Counted from the stretch's first letter, positions 1-9,069 are shown. The stretch is 64,000 nucleotides of DNA from Candidatus Hecatella orcuttiae (GCA_002011035.2 MTLY02000002.1:160001-224000); one strand, 5' to 3'. Made by a program: numbers and translations. The notes: generated from the sequence alone by a model not told the origin.

Positions 1-242
1 TTGGCGAGGTCGCATTTACCGTAGCCGCAGAGGCAGCATCGGTCGCAGAGAGGCGAATAGAAGGGCTGATATTTTTTCAGCAGCTTCCAATCCCACTCCC
101 GGAGGGAGGTTAGGGTGGGGAAGGGCGTCGGCCCTGGGGGTTCCTCCCAGTCCTCAGTAATCTGCCCGACTAGGATTTCCAATCCCTTTATTTTGGCGAG
201 GGCTGAGTTCAGCTCTTTAACCACTATCTTGGAGTTTTTCAC
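1..242 (-). CDS. cdhA: CO dehydrogenase/acetyl-CoA synthase complex subunit alpha, 5' part (runs off window start)
   Basis: Not in the ORF track. Manual translation from GTG at 242 (GGTGA SD upstream): MKNSKIVVKELNSALAKIKGLEILVGQITEDWEEPPGPTPFPTLTSLREWDWKLLKKYQPFYSPLCDRCCLCGYGKCDL. This matches the GPTP..LR.WD.KLL..Y.P.Y.P.CD.CCLC.YGKCDL N-terminus of archaeal CdhA. Confidence 0.9.
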   Translation of the reverse strand, partial: MKNSKIVVKELNSALAKIKGLEILVGQITEDWEEPPGPTPFPTLTSLREWDWKLLKKYQPFYSPLCDRCCLCGYGKCDLA

Positions 243-311
243 CGACCATCACCTACAATTTTTAGGGGGGTATCGAATTCCGCGGGGATTTTCTCATGAG
301 CATTCTCTCCC

Positions 312-527
312 TTACTTTGCGGCTTCCTTCAATTCTTCCACGAATTTTTGCACGTCCAACCCAAACCTTACGCAGGCTTGTTCTATGGTAGTGGAGCCGG
401 CCATGGTTTTCCTCATCACCGGGTCCTTCAGGGGCGTGAAGCCCTTTTTCACGAAGACATCCAGAAGCTTCGGATATTTCTCCAAAACCTCTAACACCGT
501 CATGTCTTTGCTTATTTCTATTTCCAT
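312..527 (-). CDS. DUF1858 domain protein
   Basis: 71 aa with the I.KDMTV.EVLEKYP.L.DVF...GF...TIEQAC..GLD...VEEL pattern; GGAGGTGA SD upstream. Confidence 0.8.
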   Translation of the reverse strand: MEIEISKDMTVLEVLEKYPKLLDVFVKKGFTPLKDPVMRKTMAGSTTIEQACVRFGLDVQKFVEELKEAAK

Positions 528-545
528 GCTAAACTTTCACCTCCA

Positions 546-869
546 TCAACCCCTAGACGGCTTCCTAGGGGAACATTTTTTGGGGCAGTAGGTTTGAACA
601 TGGCAGTCGACAAGCTTGAAGAGAGGCTCTAAGGTCTCCCTGTTCAGGAAGTAGACCCGTTCCTTCCACCTTCGTTCCGGAAGGACGAAGCGACATCGAA
701 CAAGGGCTTGGAGGTTATGGGAGATCATGCTCTGACTCTGCCCCAAAGCCTTCGAGATCTGGGTGACGTTTCTGGGGCCCTCCCTCAAAAGCTCCACCAC
801 CGCCAGCCTAGTGGGGTTGGAGAGGGCTGCGAAGAAGAAAGGACATGCCTCGCTGAGGCCGTACTTCAT
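546..869 (-). CDS. ArsR/SmtB family transcriptional regulator
   Basis: FFAALSNPTRL..V.LL.GP.NV..I...LGQSQS.ISHNL..L wHTH; Cys/His-rich C-terminus. Confidence 0.9.
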   Translation of the reverse strand: MKYGLSEACPFFFAALSNPTRLAVVELLREGPRNVTQISKALGQSQSMISHNLQALVRCRFVLPERRWKERVYFLNRETLEPLFKLVDCHVQTYCPKKCSPRKPSRG

Positions 870-895
870 TCAGCTTCCCCGACGGAGAATATTGG

Positions 896-913
896 TATGA
901 AAAATGTTTCATA
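896..913. promoter_or_regulatory. Probable ArsR operator (TATGAAA-N4-TTTCATA) just downstream of a TTTAAATA TATA box on the minus strand (about 920..927)
   Basis: Perfect 7-bp inverted arms 27 bp upstream of the arsR start; resembles ArsR/SmtB operators. Confidence 0.6.
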
Positions 914-978
914 TCATATTATTTAAACATATCACAACTATCTAAAACTCAGCCTCGTCCAAGACAGCCCCTCACGGG

Positions 979-1674
979 TCAACTCTTTTCCTTCACATGC
1001 CTTTCCTCGGACTCCATAAACTTTTCCAGCAGAGAAGCCACGCTGGAATAATAGCCCAAAGAAGATTCTTTGCGAAGTTTACTGCAAAACTTCGGAATCC
1101 ACCAAGCCAAGTGGTCTTTGAAAAACTTCAACCCAGCCTCCCGGCATACAGCCGCCTGGTCCTTCCACCTCTTATCCAGTGCGTAGACTTCTTTGAGCAG
1201 AAGCAACCCCATGAATTCTAGCTCCGTGCAGATGAAGTCAGGCCGCTCTTTCACGGAAAGCTCAACTTTAAAGGCTCGGTAAAACCCTGAAACATCCGCC
1301 AGTTCTTTAGCTTTTATGAAGGAATGCTGACAGTAATCCGTCTCGTAGAAAGAACATTTGAGGGGAACCAAGCAGAGCCTGTTGTAGGCTGCTTCCATCT
1401 CTGCGACGGAAGACTCATCCATCTGCTCCATGAAAACCTCTAGGGCCCGGCTGAGCTCCTCCGACCCAAGCAACCCAGCGGCCTCCGAAGCCCTCCTGCG
1501 GACCTCTTCACCGCAGAGCTCTCGAATTTCACGGCGGGGGTAGGCTAAGGCCTGCGAAATCAACCTGTACAGATAGCTCCGAGCGTAGAGAACCTCTCTC
1601 TCCTCTTGCTCGGGCAGGGCGGAGGGTTGACGGCTCTCAGGGTTCGTTGAATCGGTGGATTTTGTATTTTTCAT
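979..1674 (-). CDS. TorD/DmsD/NarJ family molybdoenzyme maturation chaperone
   Basis: YETDY...LADVSGFYRAF...ERPDFICTELEFMGLL...FFKDHL.WWIPKFC motifs; last gene of the molybdoenzyme operon; exact start uncertain. Confidence 0.85.
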   Translation of the reverse strand: MKNTKSTDSTNPESRQPSALPEQEEREVLYARSYLYRLISQALAYPRREIRELCGEEVRRRASEAAGLLGSEELSRALEVFMEQMDESSVAEMEAAYNRLCLVPLKCSFYETDYCQHSFIKAKELADVSGFYRAFKVELSVKERPDFICTELEFMGLLLLKEVYALDKRWKDQAAVCREAGLKFFKDHLAWWIPKFCSKLRKESSLGYYSSVASLLEKFMESEERHVKEKS

Positions 1675-2752
1675 CGTAAAACGGCCTTATGTAGGTTGGT
1701 TCTTCCAAGGAAACCCTTATGACCTCGTTTCCCCCGGAATCATAGGCTACAACTTCCTTGGAGGTAGGTTTAAACTTGGAAATTATTCTCTGCGTCGTCC
1801 CGAAAAGACGAAGCACGGCGAAGAGGGTTGAGTCTAGGTTGGTCCGTTTCCTTATAGCCGCCTCAACCCCCGGGCCGAACATTTGGGTTAGGAAGTCCCT
1901 AGGAACCCAGCGGGGCGGTATATAGTAGACGTTAGGCTCCAGTCCGAACTGCGGATAGAGGGGAAGCGCCACCTTCTCCACATGCACCAGGTAGTCGATG
2001 GGGTTGCTGGGGTCAACCTTTTCCGGGGGGTTCAGAAAGCCTTGAAGCCTGATCTTCCCTACGCAAGTGGCAACGCAGCGGGGGATGGTTCCCTCCTCCA
2101 CCCTCGGATAGCAGGCTATGCATTTTTCACTCCGCCCCGTGTACTCCCTGTATAGAGATTTTTTGTAGGGACAGGCTTCAACGCATTTTTTGAAGCCCCC
2201 GCATCGGTTTTGATCTATGAGGACGATGCCGTCTTCCTCCCGCTTGTAGATGGCCTTCCGAGGACAGGAAGCCAAACAGGCGGGGTAGGTGCAGTGGTTG
2301 CAGATTCTTTGGAGGTAGAACATCCAGTTTTGATGGACGGGAAGCTCAACGGTGGAAGACCAGCCGGTGGGAGTGTCCTCGTAAATGTTAGGAAACCTCC
2401 ACTCAGGCTCCGAGGGCATGAAGCCTAAGGCAATAGCACCCTCCGGCCTCGCTTCAAAGATGGTCTTACCGGTGTACACGCCGTTCTCCCAGCTCTGGGT
2501 TCCCAGCATCTCCAAGATCCGGTGGTCCCAGAACTGGGGGTAGCCGCCGTAGGGTTTTGTTTCCACGTTGTTCCACCACATGTACTCCTGCCCTTTGTCG
2601 AAGGTCCATGTGGACTTGCAGGACATGGTGCACGTCTGGCAGCCGATGCAGCGGTTGATGTCGAAGACTGCGGCGAACTGCTTTTTAGGCCTTTTACCTT
2701 CGTAGAGGTATTCCATCTCCCTTCCAATCTGCCAGTTGTAGACTTTAGCCAC
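1637..2752 (-). CDS. nxrB: Nitrite oxidoreductase / periplasmic nitrate reductase-type Fe-S beta subunit (DMSO reductase family type II)
   Basis: VYNWQIGR.M.Y, CIGCQTCTMSCKSTW..GQEYMWWNNVETKPYGGYPQ, CNHCTYPACLASC, CGGFKKCVEAC, CIACYPR: hallmark Nitrospira/anammox NxrB-like motifs. Confidence 0.88.
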   Translation of the reverse strand: MAKVYNWQIGREMEYLYEGKRPKKQFAAVFDINRCIGCQTCTMSCKSTWTFDKGQEYMWWNNVETKPYGGYPQFWDHRILEMLGTQSWENGVYTGKTIFEARPEGAIALGFMPSEPEWRFPNIYEDTPTGWSSTVELPVHQNWMFYLQRICNHCTYPACLASCPRKAIYKREEDGIVLIDQNRCGGFKKCVEACPYKKSLYREYTGRSEKCIACYPRVEEGTIPRCVATCVGKIRLQGFLNPPEKVDPSNPIDYLVHVEKVALPLYPQFGLEPNVYYIPPRWVPRDFLTQMFGPGVEAAIRKRTNLDSTLFAVLRLFGTTQRIISKFKPTSKEVVAYDSGGNEVIRVSLEEPTYIRPFYDEKYKIHRFNEP

Positions 2753-5700
2753 GGATGAATCCTCCTCGCAGATACTTCTTCATCGCCTCGCTTTCATTAC
2801 CGGGAGTGAAGCCTGTTTGAGCAGGCTCCCATGTGTCCGCTCCGTCTAGGCTGCCGTTCTCGGCGAAGGAAATCTTCACCAAGGACTCTTTCGGAGCGCC
2901 GGTGACGGAGCAGACGTCGACCAGATAGCCTTTGCCTATTTTATGGGTGAAGTAGTCCTTCCGCACTAGGCTGTCGGTCATCTGGGTGGGGTTCAGCCAT
3001 GCGCGGACAACACTCTGCTGGGAGCCGTATCGGAGGCTGGGAGGATAACCTGTGTCCGTGACAGCCAACCCGTCGGCTTTCGTCTCATGAGCCTCCACAG
3101 ACCTGTGGGTGGCTCCGTAGATTCCGTGGTAGATGATGGTGAAACCCCGAGGGAGGGAGGGATTGTATCGGGCTCTGATTTTCAGCCGGGAAACCTTGTA
3201 GAAGGGGTCCCCTTTGTTCCAGCCTCGGTAGGGACGGTCTCGGGGGTTGCCGTCCACGTAGACGTAGTCGCCGTCTTTGATGCCCCGCTCCTTAGCGTCC
3301 TCAGGGTTGATGTCTAGTTCTTCCTCCCCCACCCAAGGGGTGCGCTTGTCCATGCGGTAGGGGTCGCCGAAGTTGCTGGCCCAGATGACGTTCCAGTCCA
3401 CGGTGCTCCAAGAAGAGTGAACCCTATGCCTAGGCTTGGGGGTTATGCAGATGAGGTCTAAGCCGTCTTTGTCCAGCAGCGGATTCCTCGTCTTAAGCAT
3501 CTCCTCCGTGGTCAGCTTAACATGCCTGACGGTCATTTCCTCCACATTCAGCGACTCCCAGTCGACTCCGTGGTCTTTCGGCTCGATGGCCCTGAAGCCC
3601 TTCGGGGCGACGATGGCGCTGGGCAGGTAGGGGGTTGACTCCATGGGCTCCCGGTGGACTATGAGGTTTTCCCCTTGGTCTAAGAACTCGTCTTCCTCCC
3701 GGTAGAACTCCAAGCGGCCTGTCCTGGTGTAGAAGGGTTTACTTTCTTGAACTTGCTCCCATCCGGGAATCCGAGGGTAGGTTCTAAAGAGGGCGAGGAA
3801 TCCCTTTTCCGCAGAGAGCATTTCGTAGATGTTGTAACCTCGGGTGGTGGTGCCGCAGTCCAGAATTCTTTGGAGGTATACCTCTACTTTCCCTTCTTTC
3901 ACAAATTTCCAGTGGAGAACAAACCGCTCATCGCCGGTTATTTTGGCGAGGGCGGAGGCCACGCCTGCGTAGACTTCTATATCATGCTTGGTGTCATGAA
4001 CAGAGTTCATCCCTTTGGGGAACAGTTGGATGAAGGGGTTGGTGCAGGAAGCTGTCATGTCCGGGTAGGATAATTCCGTCCAAGCCTCAACAGGGAACAC
4101 CACATCCGCATACTCGCAGTTCATGTTCCATTCGAAATCCTGCGCTATGTAGAGCTCCTGCTTTGGCAGAACGTTTTTGATGGTGTCGTAGTGCCATTTG
4201 CACACACCCAGCAGGTTAGCGTTGACAGCCCAAACCAGCTTGGTGGGGCTGGGCATGTGCGTCTTGCCTGTCAGGACAACCCTGCCAAACTTCGGGCTGT
4301 TTACTATCAGAGGACTGTCTCCGTAGTTCCAGTAGTGGATGGATTCGAATTTTATGTAGGCCTTCTTCTTAACGTCGCGGCCGTCGACGTCGGGGGATAA
4401 TGTCTGATTGAAGGGGTCCTCCACCACGTAGCAGGGGAGATTCAGGATGGGGGCCTTGTAGTTTCCCGCGTAGCTTCCCACGTTTCCCCCAGGTTTACCG
4501 ATGTTCCCCGTTAAGCTGGCGACGAGGAAGTAGGCGCGGTTGATGAGATCGTTGTGGAAATACATGTTCATACCCATGCCGCAGAGGAAACCCACCGACC
4601 CCGCTGAGGCTATGTCCCGAGCCAACCGGATGAGCATATCCTTGGGGACGTTGGTGATCTTTTCCACGTTCTCCGGTGTGTACTCCTCCGTCAGCTCCTT
4701 GTAAAGGCGGAAAATGGTCTTCACGCCGACGGTTTCTCCGCCCTTCACCGTCACCGTGCCTTTCCAGTCTAATTCTAGGTCGTCGACGCTCAGCCCTAAG
4801 GCCTGAAGCTGCTGGGCGAGATGCTCCCCCACAGCCGTGCGGCTGACCCCCACAAGCCGGCCGTCTTTGCTTCTCATCACCGCGTAGGTTTTCAGCTCCT
4901 CAGGCATTTCTTGGACAGGCTTGCCGTCGGCGTAGACGAAGGTTTCTCCGGGGTCCAAGGAGAGAGGCTTAGGGTGAGGCTCATCCTGCCGGAGTAGTTT
5001 CTTGGTGTCCTCCCTGACCAGAAGAGGCATATCGGTGAATTTTTTCACGAAGTCCTCCTTGTAGAGGGCTTCCCGGATTATCACGTGAGCTAGGCCGAGC
5101 ATGAGGGCTGTGTCGGTGCCGGGGCGGATGCCAATCCAGTAGTCGGCTTTTGTGGCGGTGGGGCTGTATTCGGGAGCTATGACCACTATCTTTTTCTTCT
5201 TATCGATGCGGGACTGCCACCAAGAGGCATCGGCCATCTTGTTTTGGATCAGGTTCAACCCTGAGATGACGAGCATGTCAGAGTTCCAGAAGTCGTTGAA
5301 CTCCTGGTCGAAGGTCTGAACCCCGTGAACCATGGGGTGCCCCGGAGGCAGGTCGGTGTGCCAGGCGTAGTTGTCCCAAGTCCTAGCTCCCACCGATCCC
5401 TCAGGGCCTTTACCCCTGAGGTAGTTGTCCAGCAGAGCCAGCATGTTGGCAAACCGGTACATGCCAGCCAGCCTAGTGGCTCCTAAGAAGGCCATTCCAC
5501 CTCGGAGCTTAAACGTCCTAACTCCCGCCATCTCGCCTGAAGGGTCTAGGGAAGCTTCAATCATCTCCTCCGGGTAACCCTGCCTCCTGAGGAGCTCTGC
5601 TCCCGAGGGGCCGCTGTAGGTTTGGGCGATGTTCACCATGGCTTTAGCCACCAATTCAAAGGCTTCATCCCAAGAGACCCTCACCCAGTCGTCGACGCCT

Positions 5701-6209
5701 CTTCGGAAATATTCCTTCGGAGGCCTGCCATTCTCATCCCGGGGGAAGCCTGCGTTAACCCAGTTCAGCCAGCCCTTTCTGACTAGGGGGTATTTCACTC
5801 TAAAAGGGCTGTAAACTCGCTTCATGAAGGTCAGCCCCTTTAGGCAGCCTCTCGGATGCCATGTAGGCGTAGCCTTGTTGCCGTAGATGTCCTGATACTC
5901 GGCGACATCGTAGGCTTGCTCGATCCTGACTATCACCCCGTTTCGGACGAAGGCTCTCAGCCGGCAGTTGTGAGTGTCGTTGGGCGCGCAGACGAAGGTG
6001 AAGGATGAGTCATACCGGTATTGGTCCCTGTAGAGTTTTTCCCAGTCTCTCTCCGGGTAGGCGGCTAGAGGGTTGTCTACCTTTACTGGTTTTAGGAAGC
6101 GGAACATCAAATCCGCGGTGGTGAGTTGGGAGGCGACGTAGAAGCTGCCTACAGCCGCAGCGGTCACAGCCGCCATTTTCATGAAATCTCTTCTACTGGA
6201 ATTTTTCAT
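2745..6209 (-). CDS. nxrA: Nitrite oxidoreductase / periplasmic nitrate reductase-type molybdopterin alpha subunit with Tat signal
   Basis: SRRDFMK twin-arginine signal; NPL..YP.R.WE..Y.DQYRYDSSFTFVCAPNDTHNCR...PRGCLKG (Cys/Asp FS0 ligands); YAWHTDLPPGHP (Mo-ligand Asp); PKPRHRVHS; 1154 aa. Catalytic direction cannot be determined from sequence. Confidence 0.88.
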   Translation of the reverse strand: MKNSSRRDFMKMAAVTAAAVGSFYVASQLTTADLMFRFLKPVKVDNPLAAYPERDWEKLYRDQYRYDSSFTFVCAPNDTHNCRLRAFVRNGVIVRIEQAYDVAEYQDIYGNKATPTWHPRGCLKGLTFMKRVYSPFRVKYPLVRKGWLNWVNAGFPRDENGRPPKEYFRRGVDDWVRVSWDEAFELVAKAMVNIAQTYSGPSGAELLRRQGYPEEMIEASLDPSGEMAGVRTFKLRGGMAFLGATRLAGMYRFANMLALLDNYLRGKGPEGSVGARTWDNYAWHTDLPPGHPMVHGVQTFDQEFNDFWNSDMLVISGLNLIQNKMADASWWQSRIDKKKKIVVIAPEYSPTATKADYWIGIRPGTDTALMLGLAHVIIREALYKEDFVKKFTDMPLLVREDTKKLLRQDEPHPKPLSLDPGETFVYADGKPVQEMPEELKTYAVMRSKDGRLVGVSRTAVGEHLAQQLQALGLSVDDLELDWKGTVTVKGGETVGVKTIFRLYKELTEEYTPENVEKITNVPKDMLIRLARDIASAGSVGFLCGMGMNMYFHNDLINRAYFLVASLTGNIGKPGGNVGSYAGNYKAPILNLPCYVVEDPFNQTLSPDVDGRDVKKKAYIKFESIHYWNYGDSPLIVNSPKFGRVVLTGKTHMPSPTKLVWAVNANLLGVCKWHYDTIKNVLPKQELYIAQDFEWNMNCEYADVVFPVEAWTELSYPDMTASCTNPFIQLFPKGMNSVHDTKHDIEVYAGVASALAKITGDERFVLHWKFVKEGKVEVYLQRILDCGTTTRGYNIYEMLSAEKGFLALFRTYPRIPGWEQVQESKPFYTRTGRLEFYREEDEFLDQGENLIVHREPMESTPYLPSAIVAPKGFRAIEPKDHGVDWESLNVEEMTVRHVKLTTEEMLKTRNPLLDKDGLDLICITPKPRHRVHSSWSTVDWNVIWASNFGDPYRMDKRTPWVGEEELDINPEDAKERGIKDGDYVYVDGNPRDRPYRGWNKGDPFYKVSRLKIRARYNPSLPRGFTIIYHGIYGATHRSVEAHETKADGLAVTDTGYPPSLRYGSQQSVVRAWLNPTQMTDSLVRKDYFTHKIGKGYLVDVCSVTGAPKESLVKISFAENGSLDGADTWEPAQTGFTPGNESEAMKKYLRGGFIRG

Positions 6210-6688
6210 GACATTTCACTCTCCATTCTGATGTATTCTGTTTCCTTCGCAGGGAAACCTTGGGTGGTTTTGTCGCTCATATGCTCCTTACTGCAAGCAA
6301 ACCAGCAGCCTTCTTCAGGAGGCTTGTCCACGTAAAACAGGGCATCTTTTCTGCACCCGGGGTGGAAGCATTTCACCCTAGATCGAGCCGCCCTTTTCCT
6401 CCGAGCGATTTCCACCATCTCGTCGGCTATTCGCCTTTTCTCCCCGAACAGGAACATGGTGAAAATCGAATGCTCATCTGGGAGACTGACAACTCGAAGG
6501 GAAAGAGGCTCCTTAAACTTCAGAGGCTCTTCCGCAGGTTTTAGGATGAAACTGTATCCTCCGGAACGGTAAAGAGGCTCCGTTTCCCCCCGGGGGATGA
6601 GGAAGTCGGGAAACGCGTAGAGGAGGTACTTTTTCTCCTTCAGCATTATTTCTCTCCTGTAGAGCTTGCCCTCCACCACTCCCTTCAC
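6206..6688 (-). CDS. Hypothetical protein with C-terminal Cys/His cluster, inside the nxr-like operon
   Basis: Abuts the upstream stop and overlaps the nxrA start (ATGA); CFHPGC...C..AC..H. Confidence 0.6.
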   Translation of the reverse strand: MKGVVEGKLYRREIMLKEKKYLLYAFPDFLIPRGETEPLYRSGGYSFILKPAEEPLKFKEPLSLRVVSLPDEHSIFTMFLFGEKRRIADEMVEIARRKRAARSRVKCFHPGCRKDALFYVDKPPEEGCWFACSKEHMSDKTTQGFPAKETEYIRMESEMS

Positions 6689-7090
6689 CTACTCCACGAC
6701 AGTTATTTTCCCCACCATGGACTGATGGCCTTCGCTGCAGAAGACACTGCAACGGAAGGTGAAAGTGCCTGTTTCCTCTGGGACAAATTCTATGACTGCC
6801 TTATGCCCGGGGGCAATGGGCCCGCTGTCTAACCCTAAATCTGGAACATGAAATCCGTGGGTTACGTCGGCGCTTGTGATGATCAGCTTCGCCGGCACAC
6901 CTTTCCGGAGGGTTATCTCACTCGGAGACCAGCCGCCGTTTTCCGCCGCCCAGCCTGTAATCCAGACGACTTGAACCTCTTCATCCAATTTTTGGGCATC
7001 AAGCCAGAGGTCATAGCCGTAGATCGACGCAGAGGGCACCAGCAAAACGGCTACGAGAAGTGCTAAGGCTGCCCATTCTGTCTGGTTCAC
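6689..7090 (-). CDS. Membrane-anchored CuA cupredoxin (cytochrome c oxidase subunit II-like domain)
   Basis: N-terminal TM; DVTHGF...FRCSVFCSEGHQSM CuA ligand set. Confidence 0.85.
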   Translation of the reverse strand: MNQTEWAALALLVAVLLVPSASIYGYDLWLDAQKLDEEVQVVWITGWAAENGGWSPSEITLRKGVPAKLIITSADVTHGFHVPDLGLDSGPIAPGHKAVIEFVPEETGTFTFRCSVFCSEGHQSMVGKITVVE

Positions 7091-7097
7091 CGTTTTT

Positions 7098-8558
7098 TCA
7101 CCCCATGAAAAGCCATAGGAAGATCATGCTGACGAAGGTCAGAAATACTACTTGAGGGAGAAAGGCCTTCAACGCTGCCTTGCCTTCTGGAAAGTTCTGC
7201 TTGGCGAGGCGGTAGGAGTATTTTATGGAGTAGGCAAGACCCACGGCTAAGACTATGCTTTGCAGGTAGGGAATAACCGCGGGAATCAAGGGGGTCCAAG
7301 GAACATAGAGACCGCTGAAAACATTCCAACCCAAACCAACCGGGTCTAGGAGGGCGTTGACTATATAGGACCAGTTGACCAGCAGAAGGGGGATGCTGAA
7401 GGCTATCCAAGCCATGAGGGCTAGGGGAATCAGCTCGTAGGAGAAGTCTATGAACAGCTTTTTAAGGGGCACAGACCTGACCCCGGAAGCCAGCTTAGAA
7501 GCGCCTGTAAACAGGAAGAAAACGGAGGGTGTGACCGCCAACGATAGGCCCCAAAAGATTCCCACGTAGGGAAGGAACCCTCCGACGCCTGTCAGCGCCC
7601 AACCGTAGGGGGGTGCCCAGAAAACATTGGACCAGTCTTTCAACACACCCCAAGGACCTTGCATTACCAGGATGTAGAGCCCAGCCAACGTCAGCATGAT
7701 GAAAGATTTCCAAGCCTCATCTAAGGCTCTGCCCGTTTTCGCCAGAATATCCCCTCCAAACGAGCGTAGGTTGAGGGCTAGGTTGTTGTAGGGGCAGGTC
7801 TTGATGCATTCGAAGCAGAGGCCGCAGTAGTTGTTCCTCTCCAAGCCTCCTGGGTAGATTATCCAAGGACATCCGTAGCCGTTGTCGTTTCCCCTCACGC
7901 ATTCCTTGGTCATGTGGTTGCGGCAGAGGGTTTTGTCCTTAGGCCTCAGCTCTAAGGCGGAGAACATGGAAAACAACCCCAAGAAGCCGCCCACAGGGCA
8001 GATGAACCTACAGAAAACCCTCCTCGAATATATCAACACCAGAAAAACGGGTACTACAAAAAGAATTAGCAACACTATGGCTGTCACAACTGGCCTGGTT
8101 ACCAAGAGGGCGCTGAAGGTGGCGATGGCTAGGAAGCCTAGGTTCTGAAGCCAGATGTTGTTCAACTTGGAAGGCCAAGGCTTCCTGAGGCTTAGGTACT
8201 TGAACGCGCTACGCTTTTTCACCAGCGCCCGTCTTTCCAGCCACTCTCCGAAGGCGGGGAGGGGGCACATGGTGCACCAGATCCGGGAGAGGAGGGGAAC
8301 CATGAGGACGATGAGGGCGAACCACCAGAGGATCCAGACGAAGACGATGGAGATGTTCCTGTTCCCCACGGGGGAACCGAAGAATCCTGAAAGGATGATA
8401 ACCCAGAAAACGAAAAGGTTAACCATCATGGCAGCGTACTGGAAGGCTCTGTGCTTCAGCAGCCTGTTGATGATGCCTATTTGGAGAAGGTCAAACTTGC
8501 CTCTGTGGAGGATGAGGCTGGAGAAGAAATCTCTAACATGCCACCGAGTTGCCGCCAA
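7098..8558 (-). CDS. Polytopic 4Fe-4S membrane protein (NapH/NosR-C/YccM-like polyferredoxin)
   Basis: Many TM helices; RIWCTMCP, RVFCRFICP, GCPW...CGLCFECIKTCP. Confidence 0.8.
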   Translation of the reverse strand: MAATRWHVRDFFSSLILHRGKFDLLQIGIINRLLKHRAFQYAAMMVNLFVFWVIILSGFFGSPVGNRNISIVFVWILWWFALIVLMVPLLSRIWCTMCPLPAFGEWLERRALVKKRSAFKYLSLRKPWPSKLNNIWLQNLGFLAIATFSALLVTRPVVTAIVLLILFVVPVFLVLIYSRRVFCRFICPVGGFLGLFSMFSALELRPKDKTLCRNHMTKECVRGNDNGYGCPWIIYPGGLERNNYCGLCFECIKTCPYNNLALNLRSFGGDILAKTGRALDEAWKSFIMLTLAGLYILVMQGPWGVLKDWSNVFWAPPYGWALTGVGGFLPYVGIFWGLSLAVTPSVFFLFTGASKLASGVRSVPLKKLFIDFSYELIPLALMAWIAFSIPLLLVNWSYIVNALLDPVGLGWNVFSGLYVPWTPLIPAVIPYLQSIVLAVGLAYSIKYSYRLAKQNFPEGKAALKAFLPQVVFLTFVSMIFLWLFMG

Positions 8559-8560
8559 TC

Positions 8561-9019
8561 TCAGTCGCCCCTACGCCAAACGTAGGCCGTCGCAGCTAGA
8601 ACAACCCCCACCAAGCCGAAGGCCGCTCCTAGGAAGGCGATGTTCACTCCGCTGCGCAACACTATGAACTCACCTACCATGAAAGGGTGGAGGGCCCCGC
8701 AAGTTTCGCTGCACCTGATCTTGAACTTTCCAGGGGTATCAGCCACAACAGTCACAGTCTGAGTCTCCCCCGGAATTATCCGCACATCCACATCGTAGCC
8801 GTCGATGTAGAAACCGTGAGTCACATCCACGGTTTCAAGCACAAAGACCACCGTGTCGCCCTGGTTTACCACCACCCTACCGGGCTCGTAGGCAAACTGG
8901 CGGGCGGTGATGTGAACGGTTACTACTTCCCCTCCTGAAGCCGAAGGCGCGTAGAATAAGGCGGCGAAAACGATGAGTAGAGTGAACCATGCTCCGGCGA
9001 GAAGCTGGCGTTTCAACAA
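8561..9019 (-). CDS. CuA cupredoxin with N- and C-terminal TM helices (COX II-like)
   Basis: ARQFAY, DVTHGF, IRCSETCGALHPFM. Start is probably TTG 9019 or 9016 after GGAGG, not 9208. Confidence 0.85.
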   Translation of the reverse strand: MLKRQLLAGAWFTLLIVFAALFYAPSASGGEVVTVHITARQFAYEPGRVVVNQGDTVVFVLETVDVTHGFYIDGYDVDVRIIPGETQTVTVVADTPGKFKIRCSETCGALHPFMVGEFIVLRSGVNIAFLGAAFGLVGVVLAATAYVWRRGD

Positions 9020-9069
9020 GGGAACCTCCCGACATAGACTGACTGCAGGTCTTTTTACGGTGGGAGATT

